A DNA stretch of 64,000 nucleotides from an uncultured Prevotellaceae bacterium (GCA_964567855.1 CAZMOE010000007.1:32614-96613); one strand, 5' to 3'. Shown: positions 1-10,665, numbered from the stretch's first letter. Program-made: numbers and translations. The notes: generated by a model from the letters alone, not told the origin.

Positions 1-105
1 CCGATGATAAAAAAAAGTTATTTTTGCGCTGCCTTTTCCGATGTTTTCCGTCGGGGAAGAGGGTTTCATCCGATGCTTATTTTATTACATTATTAATATA
101 TAATC

Positions 106-1869
106 ATGTTCAGAACAAAAAACTGTGGCGAACTTCGCCTTTCCAATGTCGGTGAGGTTGTAACCTTGGCCGGATGGGTACAGCGCACCCGCAAGATGGG
201 TGGTATGACTTTCGTCGATTTGCGCGACCGTTATGGTATTACTCAATTGGTATTCAATCAGGAAATTGACGCCGATCTTTGTGAGGCCGCCAATCATTTG
301 GGGCGTGAATATGTGATTCAGATTGAAGGTGCTGTTTCGGAGCGTGAAAGTAAGAATAAAAACATACCGACAGGCGAGATCGAAATCATCGTGAGCCGTT
401 TGACGGTGTTGAATCAGTCGGCCGTTCCGCCGTTTACCATTGAAGACAAGACCGATGGCGGTGACGATCTCCGCATGCAGTACCGTTATTTGGATCTGCG
501 CCGCCCCTGTGTGCGTGGTAATCTGGAACTGCGTCATAAACTGGTCTTCGAGGTTCGCCGTTATCTGGACGCACAGGATTTTCTGGAGGTCGAGACACCT
601 TTTCTTATCAAATCCACTCCTGAGGGCGCCCGCGATTTTGTCGTCCCGTCCCGCATGAACCCGGGGCAGTTCTATGCGCTTCCCCAGAGCCCGCAACAAT
701 TCAAGCAATTGCTGATGGTGGCCGGTTTCGACCGTTATTTCCAGATTGTGAAATGCTTCCGTGACGAGGATCTGCGTGCAGATCGACAGCCTGAGTTTAC
801 CCAGATAGATTGTGAAATGTCGTTCGTCGAGCAGGAGGACGTTCTTCAGATGTTTGAAGGACTGATCAAGCATCTTTTCAAGACTCTCAAGGGGGTGGAA
901 TACAGCGAACCTTTCATGCGTATGACTTGGGAAGATGCCATGAAATACTACGGATCCGATAAGCCCGATCTCCGTTTCGGTATGAAGTTCGTCGAACTGA
1001 AAGAAAGCATTCCGGCCGGTCAATTCTCCGTTTTCGACGATGCTCCTTATGTGGCTGGAATCTGCGCCGAGGGCTGTGCCTCTTATACCCGCAAGCAGCT
1101 GGATCAGCTGACCGACTTTGTGAAGCGTTCGCAGGTGGGCGCCAAAGGGTTGGTCTGGGTCAAAGTGGATGAGACGGGTGCCGTCAAGTCTTCGGTCGAC
1201 AAATTCTACGCTCCGGAGACGATTACAGCTTGGGTTGATCGCTTCGAAGCCAACCCCGGCGACCTCATGCTGATTCTTTGCGGCGAAAAGCGTAAGACTC
1301 AGAAGCAGCTCTGTGCCCTCCGTCTGGAAATGGGCAGTCGTCTGGGCCTGATGGATAAATCGCATTTCGTGCCATTGTGGGTGATCGACTTCCCGCTGTT
1401 CGAGTGGGATGATGAAACCCAGCGTTATTATGCCACTCATCATCCGTTCACCATGCCCAACCCGGAAGATCTCGCCTTGTTGGATACCGATCCGGGCAAA
1501 GTGCGTGCATGGGCCTACGACTGCGTCATCAATGGCGTTGAGTTGGGCGGTGGATCTGTCCGCATCCACGACAGTAAGCTTCAGGAGCGTATGTTTGAAC
1601 TTCTCGGTTTCACGCCGGAGAAGGCCATGGCTCAGTTCGGTTGTCTCATCAATGCCTTTAAGTACGGAGCGCCTCCTCATGCCGGTCTCGCGTTCGGCCT
1701 GGACCGTGTCGTCAGTATGTTTGCCGAGCTCGACAGCATTCGCGACTGCATCGCATTCCCGAAGAACAATGCCGGCCGCGACATGATGATCGATTCTCCG
1801 TCGGCTATCGATCCGGCACAGCTTGAAGAACTGCAACTCGCCCTTGACCTCAAGGAGGAGGAAAAATAA
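106..1869 (+). CDS. aspS: aspartate--tRNA ligase
   Basis: 587-aa ORF with ATG at 106. OB-fold N-terminus [22 protein letters not shown]. Class II motifs [27 protein letters not shown] and GLAFGLDR. Confidence 0.97.
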   Translation: MFRTKNCGELRLSNVGEVVTLAGWVQRTRKMGGMTFVDLRDRYGITQLVFNQEIDADLCEAANHLGREYVIQIEGAVSERESKNKNIPTGEIEIIVSRLTVLNQSAVPPFTIEDKTDGGDDLRMQYRYLDLRRPCVRGNLELRHKLVFEVRRYLDAQDFLEVETPFLIKSTPEGARDFVVPSRMNPGQFYALPQSPQQFKQLLMVAGFDRYFQIVKCFRDEDLRADRQPEFTQIDCEMSFVEQEDVLQMFEGLIKHLFKTLKGVEYSEPFMRMTWEDAMKYYGSDKPDLRFGMKFVELKESIPAGQFSVFDDAPYVAGICAEGCASYTRKQLDQLTDFVKRSQVGAKGLVWVKVDETGAVKSSVDKFYAPETITAWVDRFEANPGDLMLILCGEKRKTQKQLCALRLEMGSRLGLMDKSHFVPLWVIDFPLFEWDDETQRYYATHHPFTMPNPEDLALLDTDPGKVRAWAYDCVINGVELGGGSVRIHDSKLQERMFELLGFTPEKAMAQFGCLINAFKYGAPPHAGLAFGLDRVVSMFAELDSIRDCIAFPKNNAGRDMMIDSPSAIDPAQLEELQLALDLKEEEK

Positions 1870-1991
1870 TTTCGTAATCTATCGTATTTGTTTTTGCCGC
1901 GGGATGGATTTTCCCGGTCGGATGTGAGTTTTTTCTGTCGGCATGTTCCACCTTGCCGGCAAAAACAAATCGGATATTAGTTTCAAAATCT

Positions 1992-3170
1992 ATGAAAACA
2001 CAACTTCTTTCATTAACACTGGCTGCCCTGAGCATATTGCCGGCTGCTGCCAAGTTAAATCGTCCGATTAAAGATCCGGCTGTCATGGCCCGTCGTTTTG
2101 CTGAAAGTGAAATGACCCGTTTTCCGGAGGCATATCAGCTTGACCATGGCCAACGTTACTTTTTCGGTTACGCGCAGGGTGTAGGCTGTTGTGCTATGCT
2201 GAAGATGTGGCGTACGACCGGCGAAGACAAATATTTCGACTATGTGGCGCAATGGACCGATACGCTGGTAATGCCCGATGGCGATATTTATAAATATGAC
2301 ATGTCTGCTTATAATCTCGACTACATCAATTCGGGAAAGACTCTTTTTGAGGTTTATGCACGTACCAAAGACGTGAAATACCGAAAGGCTATGGATCTGC
2401 TTATCCGCCAGCTGAAAAACCAGCCCCGTACTCACGACGGCGGTTTCTGGCACAAGTTGGTCTATCAGCATCAGATGTGGTTGGACGGTCTGTATATGGC
2501 GTCTCCTTTTATGGCCGAATACGGTTATACATTCCAGAAGCCGGAATGGCAGCAGCAGGCAGTACACCAGATTCTGACTTGCCATCGCCATACCTACGAT
2601 GCTAAGACCGGGTTGTACCATCACGCCTGGGATGAAAGCCACAATCAGCGATGGGCGGATGCCGAAGGTCATTCTCCGAATTTCTGGGGGCGCTCCACCG
2701 GCTGGTGGTTTATGGCTATGGTCGATGTGTTGGACTTCCTTCCCGAAGATTTTGAAGGGCGTGACACTATCATAGGATATATCCGCAATCTTGCGGCGGT
2801 GCTCCCCAAGTATCAGCGTGATGGTCTCTGGTATCAGGTACTCGATTGTCCGGAACGTGAAGGTAATTACCCGGAAGCCTCGGTCACCACACAGTTTATG
2901 TATGCCTATGCCAAGGCTGCCAATAAGGGCTATATCGATAAGAAATATCGTAAAATCGCCGAGGCGGCCTATAACGGCTTGCAAAGTAGTCTTCTCGTCG
3001 AAAATTCTGACGGCACATTGACCCTGACCCGTTGTTGCCAGGTCGGCGGATTGGGTGGAAATCCTTATCGTGACGGTAGCTTCGAATATTATATCAACGA
3101 AAAGATACGCGATAACGATGCCAAGGCGACAGGACCCTTTATCATGGGCTGTTTAGAGCTTGCTAAATAA
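1992..3170 (+). CDS. unsaturated rhamnogalacturonyl hydrolase, GH105 (YteR-like)
   Basis: ORF trimmed to ATG 1992, giving signal peptide MKTQLLSLTLAALSILPAAA. GH105/YteR-type motifs HQMWLDGLYMASPFMAEYG and WGRSTGWWFMAMVD. Confidence 0.85.
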   Translation: MKTQLLSLTLAALSILPAAAKLNRPIKDPAVMARRFAESEMTRFPEAYQLDHGQRYFFGYAQGVGCCAMLKMWRTTGEDKYFDYVAQWTDTLVMPDGDIYKYDMSAYNLDYINSGKTLFEVYARTKDVKYRKAMDLLIRQLKNQPRTHDGGFWHKLVYQHQMWLDGLYMASPFMAEYGYTFQKPEWQQQAVHQILTCHRHTYDAKTGLYHHAWDESHNQRWADAEGHSPNFWGRSTGWWFMAMVDVLDFLPEDFEGRDTIIGYIRNLAAVLPKYQRDGLWYQVLDCPEREGNYPEASVTTQFMYAYAKAANKGYIDKKYRKIAEAAYNGLQSSLLVENSDGTLTLTRCCQVGGLGGNPYRDGSFEYYINEKIRDNDAKATGPFIMGCLELAK

Positions 3171-3194
3171 AAAAATAGGATCGCATAGAGTGAA

Positions 3195-3248
3195 AATCCC
3201 CCTTTTTTGAAACTTTTACATGTTAAAAACTTGCAAAAAAGGGGGATT
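3195..3248 (+). terminator. hairpin after the GH105 gene (14-bp inverted repeat)
   Basis: aatccccctttttt (3195-3208) pairs with aaaaaagggggatt (3235-3248), 25 nt after the stop codon. The loop is large, so this is not a textbook terminator. Confidence 0.45.
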
Positions 3249-3402
3249 CTTTCTTTAGTTTCGTCCTATTTATTTAATTTTGTACCGATAAAAAGCGGAT
3301 TTATGGATTATGTTTATAGGAGATGCTTCTTATTTGATATATGGATATTATTAAACACCAATCTACAATAATTATTTAACTAATTCAAATCATTAACAAC
3401 AC

Positions 3403-6033
3403 ATGAAGAAGATTTATGCTTTTTCTTTAAGCGCTGTGATGTTACTGTCTGCCGCAGACATGACATGGGCGCAGAGCCGTAAGACTTGGGACTTCACTAA
3501 AGGTTATAGTGATGTGACCAAAGCTAACCTGACAGCTGATGCCAATTGGGTTTCAAATCGTACCGATAGTGAAGGTAACACTACCGGCTGGAAAGATGGT
3601 ACGAAGATGTCCGGTACATTGATGGCCAACGGCGAGCCGATTGCAGAACTGGAGGGACTCGTTTTCGGAACAGCAGGACTGAGTACCAATAATAACTATT
3701 TGTTGGATCCTGCCAGCATTCGTATGTCTCGAGCCAATATGGTAGTAAACCTCCCGAAACTGGCAAACGGACAGCAGGTGATGATTATGGCAAAAAGTGC
3801 CAACAGTACAAGCGCTCGTGGTATTACTGCCAATACAACCAATCTTGTAAAGGAAAGCGGTCCGGAAGGTGATGTCGCACCCGGAGAGGCAGGCCTGCAG
3901 ACGTGGGTTTGGCGTGTTGAAACTACCAGCGAAGACTCCGTAGAGGTATCTTTCAAGATTTTGGTCGGCGGCGTTGACATCTCTTTGATTCAGATTGATA
4001 AGGGCGACGGCGGCAGTATCGAAACAACTCCTACTATCGCTTGGGTATATGATTCTTCTGTCGAGGAATATGATTGGGAAAGCGATCCGTTCTACGCTTA
4101 TACTCCTATCAATGAACAGGATACAAAGGCTTTCGATTTGGCTACATATACTTCTGAAGAGAAGTCCATGGCCGATAGTTTGGAAACATTCGATTTGGTA
4201 GTGTATTCCAATGGTATCGCAGCCGGAAGCACTTATGCCGAATTCCTTCTCGGTGAGTTGAACCGTGTGCCGGTATTGAACTTCAATGTAGATCTTTATG
4301 CCGCATGGGGACAGGGTAGCACCGCAGTTCCTGCACCGACCAGCGCTTTCACTTTGACTGAAGAGGCTGTGGAACATGATCTTTTTGCAGATTGTATGCT
4401 TGACGGTCAGATGTTGACCATCTTCGACGATGGCGATGCCGTTGAGGGTCGCAAATGTCTCGGTTATACCTTGAACGAAGGCTCTGACTTCGCTGATGAT
4501 GAAGTTTTGGCCTATGTCGGCAGCGATGCCGCCATCCATCTTCATGGTACGAAGAACACTTATATGTTGCTTCCTTTGGCATCTGAAAATGCAGTTATAG
4601 AGGATGAGCCTATCATCAGCGATAATTTGATTCAGCTTCTTTCCAATACCATTTCTTATTTGCGCGGTACGAAAGGAAAAGTTCTGGCTGCCGGTCGTCC
4701 TGCTATTTCTTACAAGTATGACAACAATGTGACTACCGTCGAGTTGAAGTCAGCCATCAACGGATCTAAGATTTTCTATACTTTGGATGATACCGATCCT
4801 ACTACTGCCAGCCCCCGTTATACTGAGCCGTTGGTTATTACTGAAAATCATACTATTCTCAAGGCCTTCGTAACGGCTCCTGCCTACAACGCAAGTTCTA
4901 TCGTTGTTGATACTGTTCTTGTGAAGGCCAAGTTGGCAGCTCCGACCTATGAGGTGTCTTACGAAGGTAATATTGCCAAAGTTAAGCTTACCGCTCCTGA
5001 AGATGGCGAAGCCTATTACAATATCACCGGCTCCAATGATCCTTCTAAGTCCTCTAAATATGTGGAATCTTTGGGTCTCACCATTTTACGTCCTACGGTG
5101 CTGACTGCGTTCTCTTATGCTGATGGTAAGTTGGTTTCCGATATCGTTGAATTCGTTGTCGACAACACTGCTTTAACTTACTACAACGATACTTTGGCTC
5201 ACCTTAACTTCCAACAGGACGAGTGGAATCCCGGAGTAGAACTTGTGGCAAGATATAACTATTACTCTGATGAAAAGGCCGATTCAACTATCGTTTTCGA
5301 TGAAGACGGTGTAACTCCGATCGATACGGTTTATACTTATAAGCCTGCTGACATCTTGACAGAGGTTGAAATCGGTACGGATTGGAAGGTCGGTTCTTAT
5401 GGTCAGCGTATTATGGTGCAGAAGACCGGTACATCTGCCACGGTAGGTGCAAGCTATGGTCCGGCAACCGCTTTGGATGCTGGCGCTTCCACCAATGGCT
5501 TTACATTCCTTCAGACCCAGAAATCCAATGACCCGGCTTCCGGTTATTTGAGGTCTGTCGTTACATTCCAGGCTCCGTTTGTGGCTGCATTGCATTTCAC
5601 CGGCCAGGCTGAAAGCGGCGACGGCAAGCTGGATGGTAAGTACCGTGAGGCTGTTGAGATCTCAACTTCTGTGGATGGCGAAAATTGGACCGTTGTCGAC
5701 ACTGTCGCTACCAACTACATGAAGCTTATGAGCTACCAGACTGTAGAAGTCTTGGGTGACGGTGCAGTTTATGTGAAGTTTGCTTCTGCCAATCCCGCTA
5801 AATACAGCAACACTCAGAAGACGATGATCTTCGATATCTGTCTGCTTGCACCGACTCAGGAGCGTCCGGGCTTGGGCATCGATGAGGTTATCTCTGGCGA
5901 AAAAGTTGTGAAGGCCGTCCGTATGTTCAACCTCTCTGGCCAGCAGATCCGTGTTGCCGAGCAGGGTATCAACATTATCCAGACTATATATTCCGACGGT
6001 TCTATCGAGACCCGTAAGATCATGGTGAAATAA
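3403..6033 (+). CDS. secreted multidomain protein of unknown function with T9SS C-terminal sorting domain
   Basis: Signal peptide MKKIYAFSLSAVMLLSAADMTWAQ. Internal chitobiase/hexosaminidase-C-like module FYTLDDTDPTTASPRYTEPLVITENHTILKAFV. Tail VRMFNLSGQQIRVAEQGINIIQTIYSDGSIETRKIMVK resembles a type-A T9SS CTD. No catalytic motif recognised. Confidence 0.75.
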   Translation: MKKIYAFSLSAVMLLSAADMTWAQSRKTWDFTKGYSDVTKANLTADANWVSNRTDSEGNTTGWKDGTKMSGTLMANGEPIAELEGLVFGTAGLSTNNNYLLDPASIRMSRANMVVNLPKLANGQQVMIMAKSANSTSARGITANTTNLVKESGPEGDVAPGEAGLQTWVWRVETTSEDSVEVSFKILVGGVDISLIQIDKGDGGSIETTPTIAWVYDSSVEEYDWESDPFYAYTPINEQDTKAFDLATYTSEEKSMADSLETFDLVVYSNGIAAGSTYAEFLLGELNRVPVLNFNVDLYAAWGQGSTAVPAPTSAFTLTEEAVEHDLFADCMLDGQMLTIFDDGDAVEGRKCLGYTLNEGSDFADDEVLAYVGSDAAIHLHGTKNTYMLLPLASENAVIEDEPIISDNLIQLLSNTISYLRGTKGKVLAAGRPAISYKYDNNVTTVELKSAINGSKIFYTLDDTDPTTASPRYTEPLVITENHTILKAFVTAPAYNASSIVVDTVLVKAKLAAPTYEVSYEGNIAKVKLTAPEDGEAYYNITGSNDPSKSSKYVESLGLTILRPTVLTAFSYADGKLVSDIVEFVVDNTALTYYNDTLAHLNFQQDEWNPGVELVARYNYYSDEKADSTIVFDEDGVTPIDTVYTYKPADILTEVEIGTDWKVGSYGQRIMVQKTGTSATVGASYGPATALDAGASTNGFTFLQTQKSNDPASGYLRSVVTFQAPFVAALHFTGQAESGDGKLDGKYREAVEISTSVDGENWTVVDTVATNYMKLMSYQTVEVLGDGAVYVKFASANPAKYSNTQKTMIFDICLLAPTQERPGLGIDEVISGEKVVKAVRMFNLSGQQIRVAEQGINIIQTIYSDGSIETRKIMVK

Positions 6034-6070
6034 AAACCTTCGGCTTTTATTTATCATAGCATAAAAAACT

Positions 6071-6116
6071 GCAGAGACTGTGTCATTTAAAAGTATGGCA
6101 TGGTCTCTGCTTTTTT
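6071..6116 (+). terminator. rho-independent terminator of the 876-aa gene
   Basis: gcagagac (6071-6078) pairs with gtctctgc (6103-6110), with further partial pairing, followed by tttttt. It lies 38 nt after the stop. Confidence 0.7.
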
Positions 6117-6369
6117 ATCCGGCAATGCCGTTGTGTTTTTGGGGCGTCCGCTTTTTTCGGATTTTTATCAGTCTGTTATTTGTAATAAACTATGTGCTGT
6201 TTATGTTCAAGATTTAAAATAACAGCGTTTTTTGATGCACTTTATTACCTTACAGATTCACTTTTGCATTTTCAATTTTATAGTTTACGGATTTGATAAG
6301 GGATTTAGTCGTTTAGAGACATATTAAGCGGCTATTTATATGTCTTATATCATATTCACGTTATTCCAA

Positions 6370-6428
6370 AGAACATCCGCTATACTTTGGGCAGGGAGAG
6401 TTTTTGCCTTGGGGATAGCGGATGTTCT
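6370..6428 (-). terminator. hairpin downstream of the first GH29 gene
   Basis: Perfect 14-bp inverted repeat: agaacatccgctat (6370-6383) and atagcggatgttct (6415-6428). It lies 62 nt past the minus-strand stop at 6490. Confidence 0.5.
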
Positions 6429-6489
6429 GTCTGTTATTAATGCTGTATTATGAGGCCGGTTTTACAGAGGTAAAAATGATTTTAAAATC

Positions 6490-8133
6490 TTATTTTTTGA
6501 TTCTCAGTACCGGAGCGATACTGCCTGTCGGCTTGTCGGGGAGATTTACGATCAGGCCTTCTGCCGTTTGAGTGAAGGAAACCTTGCCGTGGCCCAATAA
6601 ATCGATGCGACCGATGCGGCGTGTGTGATGAGGATTGCCTGCGGCGAGAGATTTGATCACCAGACGGCCGTCTTCGGGCCATGCCAGGGCTGTGGCATAA
6701 ATATGGCGGGCGGTCTGGGTGAAGCGGATCTCCTGGCTGGTCGCTTTGCTGTATGAGCCTTCATTGAATCCCTGTGCATTGAGTTTGATATTGCTTTCTG
6801 CGATAGGACCCTCGCCGAAAACTTTCCAGGGACGGGTATCGATGATAGACTCTCGGTTTACTTTCATCCACGCGCCGAATTCATCGAGAATGGCCTTCTC
6901 TTTTTCATCGAAAGTTCCGTCTGCACGCAAAGGAACACTGAGCAACAGATTTCCGTTTTTGCTGACAATATCGACCAGCAACTTGACAATGGTTGCCGCA
7001 GATTTGTAATGATTGTGTTGATAAATGTCGGTGTTGTAATGCCATCCGCCTATACAGGAGCAGGATTGCCACGGTTGTTCCATAATCGAGTTAGGAGCTC
7101 CGCGTTCCACGTCCCAGACAAGCGCTTTGCGTTGTTCTTCGGAGAGAATCTTACCGAACATGACCGCTTCGTTCTTTCCTTTATGTGTTTCCATGTTCCG
7201 GTTGTACAGATGCGCGGCAATTTTCAATCCGGCATCGCTGATGGGATAAAATGGCATGACTGTAACGTCGAAGTAGAGCAAATCCGGAGCATAGCGGTTG
7301 ATGACATCCAGAGTGCGGTCGTAGAAATTAGTGACATACTCTTGTGTCGGAAGACAGACGTCATTGTTCCATGCCCATTGCCAGTGAATGCGGTTATTTG
7401 CCCAGCTGCGGTCGCTCATCGGGTGGTTCTGTGCATAAAGTTGCTGCGGATCGTATCCTTCCCACCATTTCCCTTTGCCATCTTCCTTTGTCAGTTTTCC
7501 ATCATAGTACACTCCTGCCATTTTTCCGTTCTGATCGTAACGCTGTGACGGCTCGTACCATGACCAGGCATGGTCGGCATGCAGACTGACGCCGAAATGC
7601 AGTCCGTGATGACGGCAGGCTTCCGCCCATTCTGCCAAAATATCGCGATGGGGGCCGATGTTTTCGGAATTCCAAGGTTGATACTGGCTATTCCACAAGT
7701 CGAAATTGTCATGATGGTTGCCTAAAGCGAAGAAATATTGCGCGCCGAGACTCTTATAATAGGCTACCAGGCTGTCGGGCTGCCATTTTTCGGCTTTGAA
7801 AAGGGGAAGAATATCCTTGAACCCCACTTCCGAAGGATGTCCATAGTTTTTTACGTGATGTTCGTAGGCTTTGGAGCCTTCGATATACATATCGCGGGCC
7901 ATCCAGTCGCCGGAGCCTTCCACGCATTGGGGTCCCCAATGAGCCCAGATGCCAAATTTGGCATTTCTGAACCATTCCGGTACCTGATATTGCGAAAGCG
8001 ATTCCCAGGTAGGCTGAAACTGGCCTTTCTGCATCGGTTCGTGTTCTTCGGAAACCGGCACTTGATAGGACTGCGCCATTCCCCATACGGGAATAGTGGC
8101 CAGCAAGAAGGTGATAATGTGTTGTTTAGTCAT
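6490..8133 (-). CDS. alpha-L-fucosidase, GH29
   Basis: 547 aa with an N-terminal signal peptide. GH29 signature QVPEWFRNAKFGIWAHWGPQCV, also DLLYFDV. Confidence 0.9.
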   Translation of the reverse strand: MTKQHIITFLLATIPVWGMAQSYQVPVSEEHEPMQKGQFQPTWESLSQYQVPEWFRNAKFGIWAHWGPQCVEGSGDWMARDMYIEGSKAYEHHVKNYGHPSEVGFKDILPLFKAEKWQPDSLVAYYKSLGAQYFFALGNHHDNFDLWNSQYQPWNSENIGPHRDILAEWAEACRHHGLHFGVSLHADHAWSWYEPSQRYDQNGKMAGVYYDGKLTKEDGKGKWWEGYDPQQLYAQNHPMSDRSWANNRIHWQWAWNNDVCLPTQEYVTNFYDRTLDVINRYAPDLLYFDVTVMPFYPISDAGLKIAAHLYNRNMETHKGKNEAVMFGKILSEEQRKALVWDVERGAPNSIMEQPWQSCSCIGGWHYNTDIYQHNHYKSAATIVKLLVDIVSKNGNLLLSVPLRADGTFDEKEKAILDEFGAWMKVNRESIIDTRPWKVFGEGPIAESNIKLNAQGFNEGSYSKATSQEIRFTQTARHIYATALAWPEDGRLVIKSLAAGNPHHTRRIGRIDLLGHGKVSFTQTAEGLIVNLPDKPTGSIAPVLRIKK

Positions 8134-8302
8134 ATACGTTTATTTTTATAGATGAAACATGATTCGCGTTGAATTATGAAACGCAGTCTTCTTTATGTGT
8201 TTTTACCAAACTGGAAGAGCAAGCTGTTTCTGCTTTGTTGTTTTTGCCGTCATGCAATATTCGGCTGTCTGGTAATTACCGATTTCAAATTCTTTCGTTT
8301 TG

Positions 8303-10471
8303 TTATTTTTTGATTTTCTTAATTACAGGGGTTACCTGGTTCAACCAGAGATCAGCCATTCGGCGGTGTCCGGCGGGGGTGGGATGGATGCCGTCCCAAA
8401 TCCAGTAATCCGGGCGGGGGGCTTCGGAAGAGAGCTTAGCAAACATCTCGTTGTAAGGCAAATAGATGGCGTTGAAATCTCGGGCGATGTTTCGGATTGT
8501 TTCAGCGCACCGGCCGATCATTTCTTCCCGCTTATTATAATCGCCGGCTTGCCCGATTCGGCCGACCTTGGCAATGAAAGGGGCCCCCAGAACAAATTTT
8601 ACGTCAGGATTTTTCTGCCGGGCCTTCGATAGTAATTTTTTATAGGTTTCACCCCAATGGTAGAAGTCGAAATCCTCACCCGGATGTTCACGCAGATGCT
8701 TGTCGATGTCATTGGTGCCGATGAGAATGGAAATAACATCCGGGTTCAGGGCGAGGGCATCCGGTTGCCAGCGGTCATACAGATCCTGCAATGTGTTTCC
8801 GGAAATGCCCCGGTTGAAGAACTGTATGTCCCGCTTCGGATAAAGACTTTGACAGTGAGACGCACAGAGTTCCATATAGCCATGGCCGTAAATGTGATTC
8901 AGATCCCGTCGGTTGCGTTTCCCGCTCGGCGTGCTGTGGCCTCCGCTATTGCCCCAGCCGCCATCGGTGACACTGTCGCCGATAAAAAGCACTTTGGGCC
9001 GCTTGGCGAGAGTGATTTTGAATACTACAACAGGATCGTCGACAGATAATTGTGCGTCAATCAGCAATCCGTCGGGTGTCTGCTTGTAGCCGACCTGTTT
9101 ATGCTCATATAGACATTCCACTTTGGTGACCGGGCAATGGCTCAGGGTCCGGATATGGAAGGGGGTACCGTCCCATCGGATAACGAAAGCGTAAATTTCG
9201 GATTCTCCCTTGCACGTGAACCGGATATTGGCTTTTGATGGGTGTTTTTTGATGTTCGGTCCTTCGCCGAAAACGCTATAGGCCCGCGATCCGTAGACAC
9301 CTTCTCCGTAGCGGTCGAGCCACTGGCCGATGCGCAGCAATATTTTCTGCTGCTCCTGCGGAATACTGCCGTCGCCTTTCGGAGAGATATTCAGGCAGAG
9401 GTTTCCATTTTTTGATATATTCTCCACCAGATTCCGGATGATGCCCTCGGCACTTTGCAGTTTCAGGCCTTCGATATATCCGAACTTATTGCCGATCGGG
9501 TCATCTACCTGCCAGTAGGCGGAGGTAAAAAGTTCCTTGGGTGCCCGTGATTCGCGTTCAAAATCGAGGATGGAACCGGCTAAATAGGCTTTGCTTTTCG
9601 ACTGGATGCTGACCTCTTTGCCCCAGTTCTCGGCGCTGTTGTAATAATATTGTGCAATACGCAGTTTCCACGGGTCCATGGAGCGATAATTGATACCGTT
9701 GTCGAAATAGAGCAGGTCGGGCCTGTAGCGGTCTATGATTTCATAGACACGCTCTTGCCATTCGTTCAGAAAACGGTCGTCCTGAGGATGTCGCAGGGTG
9801 TCTGGATCCGACGGCCCCATGCCCGAAGCATCGGTGGGGCGTTGCGGCGGTCCGTAGAAGTCGTCATATTCAGGTAGGAAAAGATCGGTGGAATCGGGCG
9901 ATAAGCGTTCAGGATACATGAAGTCCCAATGTTCCACGCGGTGGTTGGAAACTCCGAATTTCATCCCCTCTGCGCGTACGGCCTTGGCCAATTCACCGAT
10001 AATGTCGCGTTTGGGTCCCATCTGTAGGGCGTTCCAACGGGTGAGGCGGCTGTCGTACATGGCAAAGCCGTCGTGATGTTCGGCTGTTGGAATCACATAG
10101 CGTGCCCCCGACCGGCGGAATAATTGCGCCCATTCGTCGGGGTTGAATTTTTCGGCCTTGAACATCGGGATGAAATCCTTGTACCCGAAATCGCGCTGGT
10201 CACCCCAGCGTTGGCGGTGGGTTTCGGCCAGACCGTTGTACATGTGTTTGGGATACCACTCGCTGCCTGTGGCGGGAACCGAATACACACCCCAGTGGAT
10301 GAAGATCCCGAATTTGGCATCTTTGAACCATTCGGGTACGGTGTAGTTCTGTTCGAGCGATTCCCATGTGGCCTCATAATGTTTGCGTGGCTGCTGTGCC
10401 CCGGCGTGCAAGATTGTTGCCAGAGAGAGGGTTACAGTCGTCAGCAAGCGGTTTCCTGTTTGATGTCTCAT
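8303..10471 (-). CDS. GH29 alpha-L-fucosidase fused to a C-terminal SGNH/GDSL esterase domain
   Basis: 722 aa. N-terminal GH29 motifs VPEWFKDAKFGIFIHWGVYSVPA and PDLLYFDNG. C-terminal SGNH blocks VLFIGDSVTDGGW (I), GISGNT (II), ILIGTNDI (III), DGIHPTPAGH (V). Confidence 0.85.
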   Translation of the reverse strand: MRHQTGNRLLTTVTLSLATILHAGAQQPRKHYEATWESLEQNYTVPEWFKDAKFGIFIHWGVYSVPATGSEWYPKHMYNGLAETHRQRWGDQRDFGYKDFIPMFKAEKFNPDEWAQLFRRSGARYVIPTAEHHDGFAMYDSRLTRWNALQMGPKRDIIGELAKAVRAEGMKFGVSNHRVEHWDFMYPERLSPDSTDLFLPEYDDFYGPPQRPTDASGMGPSDPDTLRHPQDDRFLNEWQERVYEIIDRYRPDLLYFDNGINYRSMDPWKLRIAQYYYNSAENWGKEVSIQSKSKAYLAGSILDFERESRAPKELFTSAYWQVDDPIGNKFGYIEGLKLQSAEGIIRNLVENISKNGNLCLNISPKGDGSIPQEQQKILLRIGQWLDRYGEGVYGSRAYSVFGEGPNIKKHPSKANIRFTCKGESEIYAFVIRWDGTPFHIRTLSHCPVTKVECLYEHKQVGYKQTPDGLLIDAQLSVDDPVVVFKITLAKRPKVLFIGDSVTDGGWGNSGGHSTPSGKRNRRDLNHIYGHGYMELCASHCQSLYPKRDIQFFNRGISGNTLQDLYDRWQPDALALNPDVISILIGTNDIDKHLREHPGEDFDFYHWGETYKKLLSKARQKNPDVKFVLGAPFIAKVGRIGQAGDYNKREEMIGRCAETIRNIARDFNAIYLPYNEMFAKLSSEAPRPDYWIWDGIHPTPAGHRRMADLWLNQVTPVIKKIKK

Positions 10472-10657
10472 GACAATATGGTGATTTTTGTTTTAATGAT
10501 ATCGTTTTTTTATTCCGGGCCGGGCTGGTGCCGACGATTCCTTTTGTAGGATTGGATCTCGGATGCAAAGAAATAGAAAAAAAACGATATAAAATTAGAA
10601 AATATCGATTCTGGATGTGAATTTATCGACTTTATGCCGATTCCGGATATTTTTCTT

Positions 10658-10665
10658 TATCTTTG
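10658..10665 (+). promoter_or_regulatory. Bacteroidota-type -7 box TAtcTTTG
   Basis: Exact TAnnTTTG match in an intergenic region, 198 nt upstream of the esterase ATG (10863), implying a long leader. Confidence 0.35.

Noticed and set aside
85-1836. A 583-aa stop-free ORF lies antisense to nearly all of aspS. Similar long antisense ORFs overlap the PL9-like lyase (11882-13102), uxaC (59854-60765), uxaB (58746-59630), lpxD (39912-40769), araB, araA and others.
   Set aside because: In the four I checked arithmetically (aspS, lyase, uxaC, uxaB) the antisense codons are exactly aligned with the sense codons. Antisense stops therefore correspond to sense TTA, CTA and TCA codons, which these genes avoid. 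Codon bias explains the open frames. The translated sequences are low-complexity and have no recognisable motifs. The Rodin-Ohno antisense aaRS idea came to mind, but nothing here supports it.
1953-1991. The ORF track gives N-terminal extensions for many genes. Examples are starts at 1953, 11837, 23033, 23786, 27257, 40925, 42695, 45828, 46763, 47178 and 52212.
   Set aside because: Those I checked at nucleotide level (11837, 23033, 27257, 40925, 45828) begin at TTG or GTG. The other extensions overlap the neighbouring gene or precede an obvious signal peptide or conserved N-terminus. I moved these starts to the first plausible ATG. Exact starts remain uncertain by a few codons.
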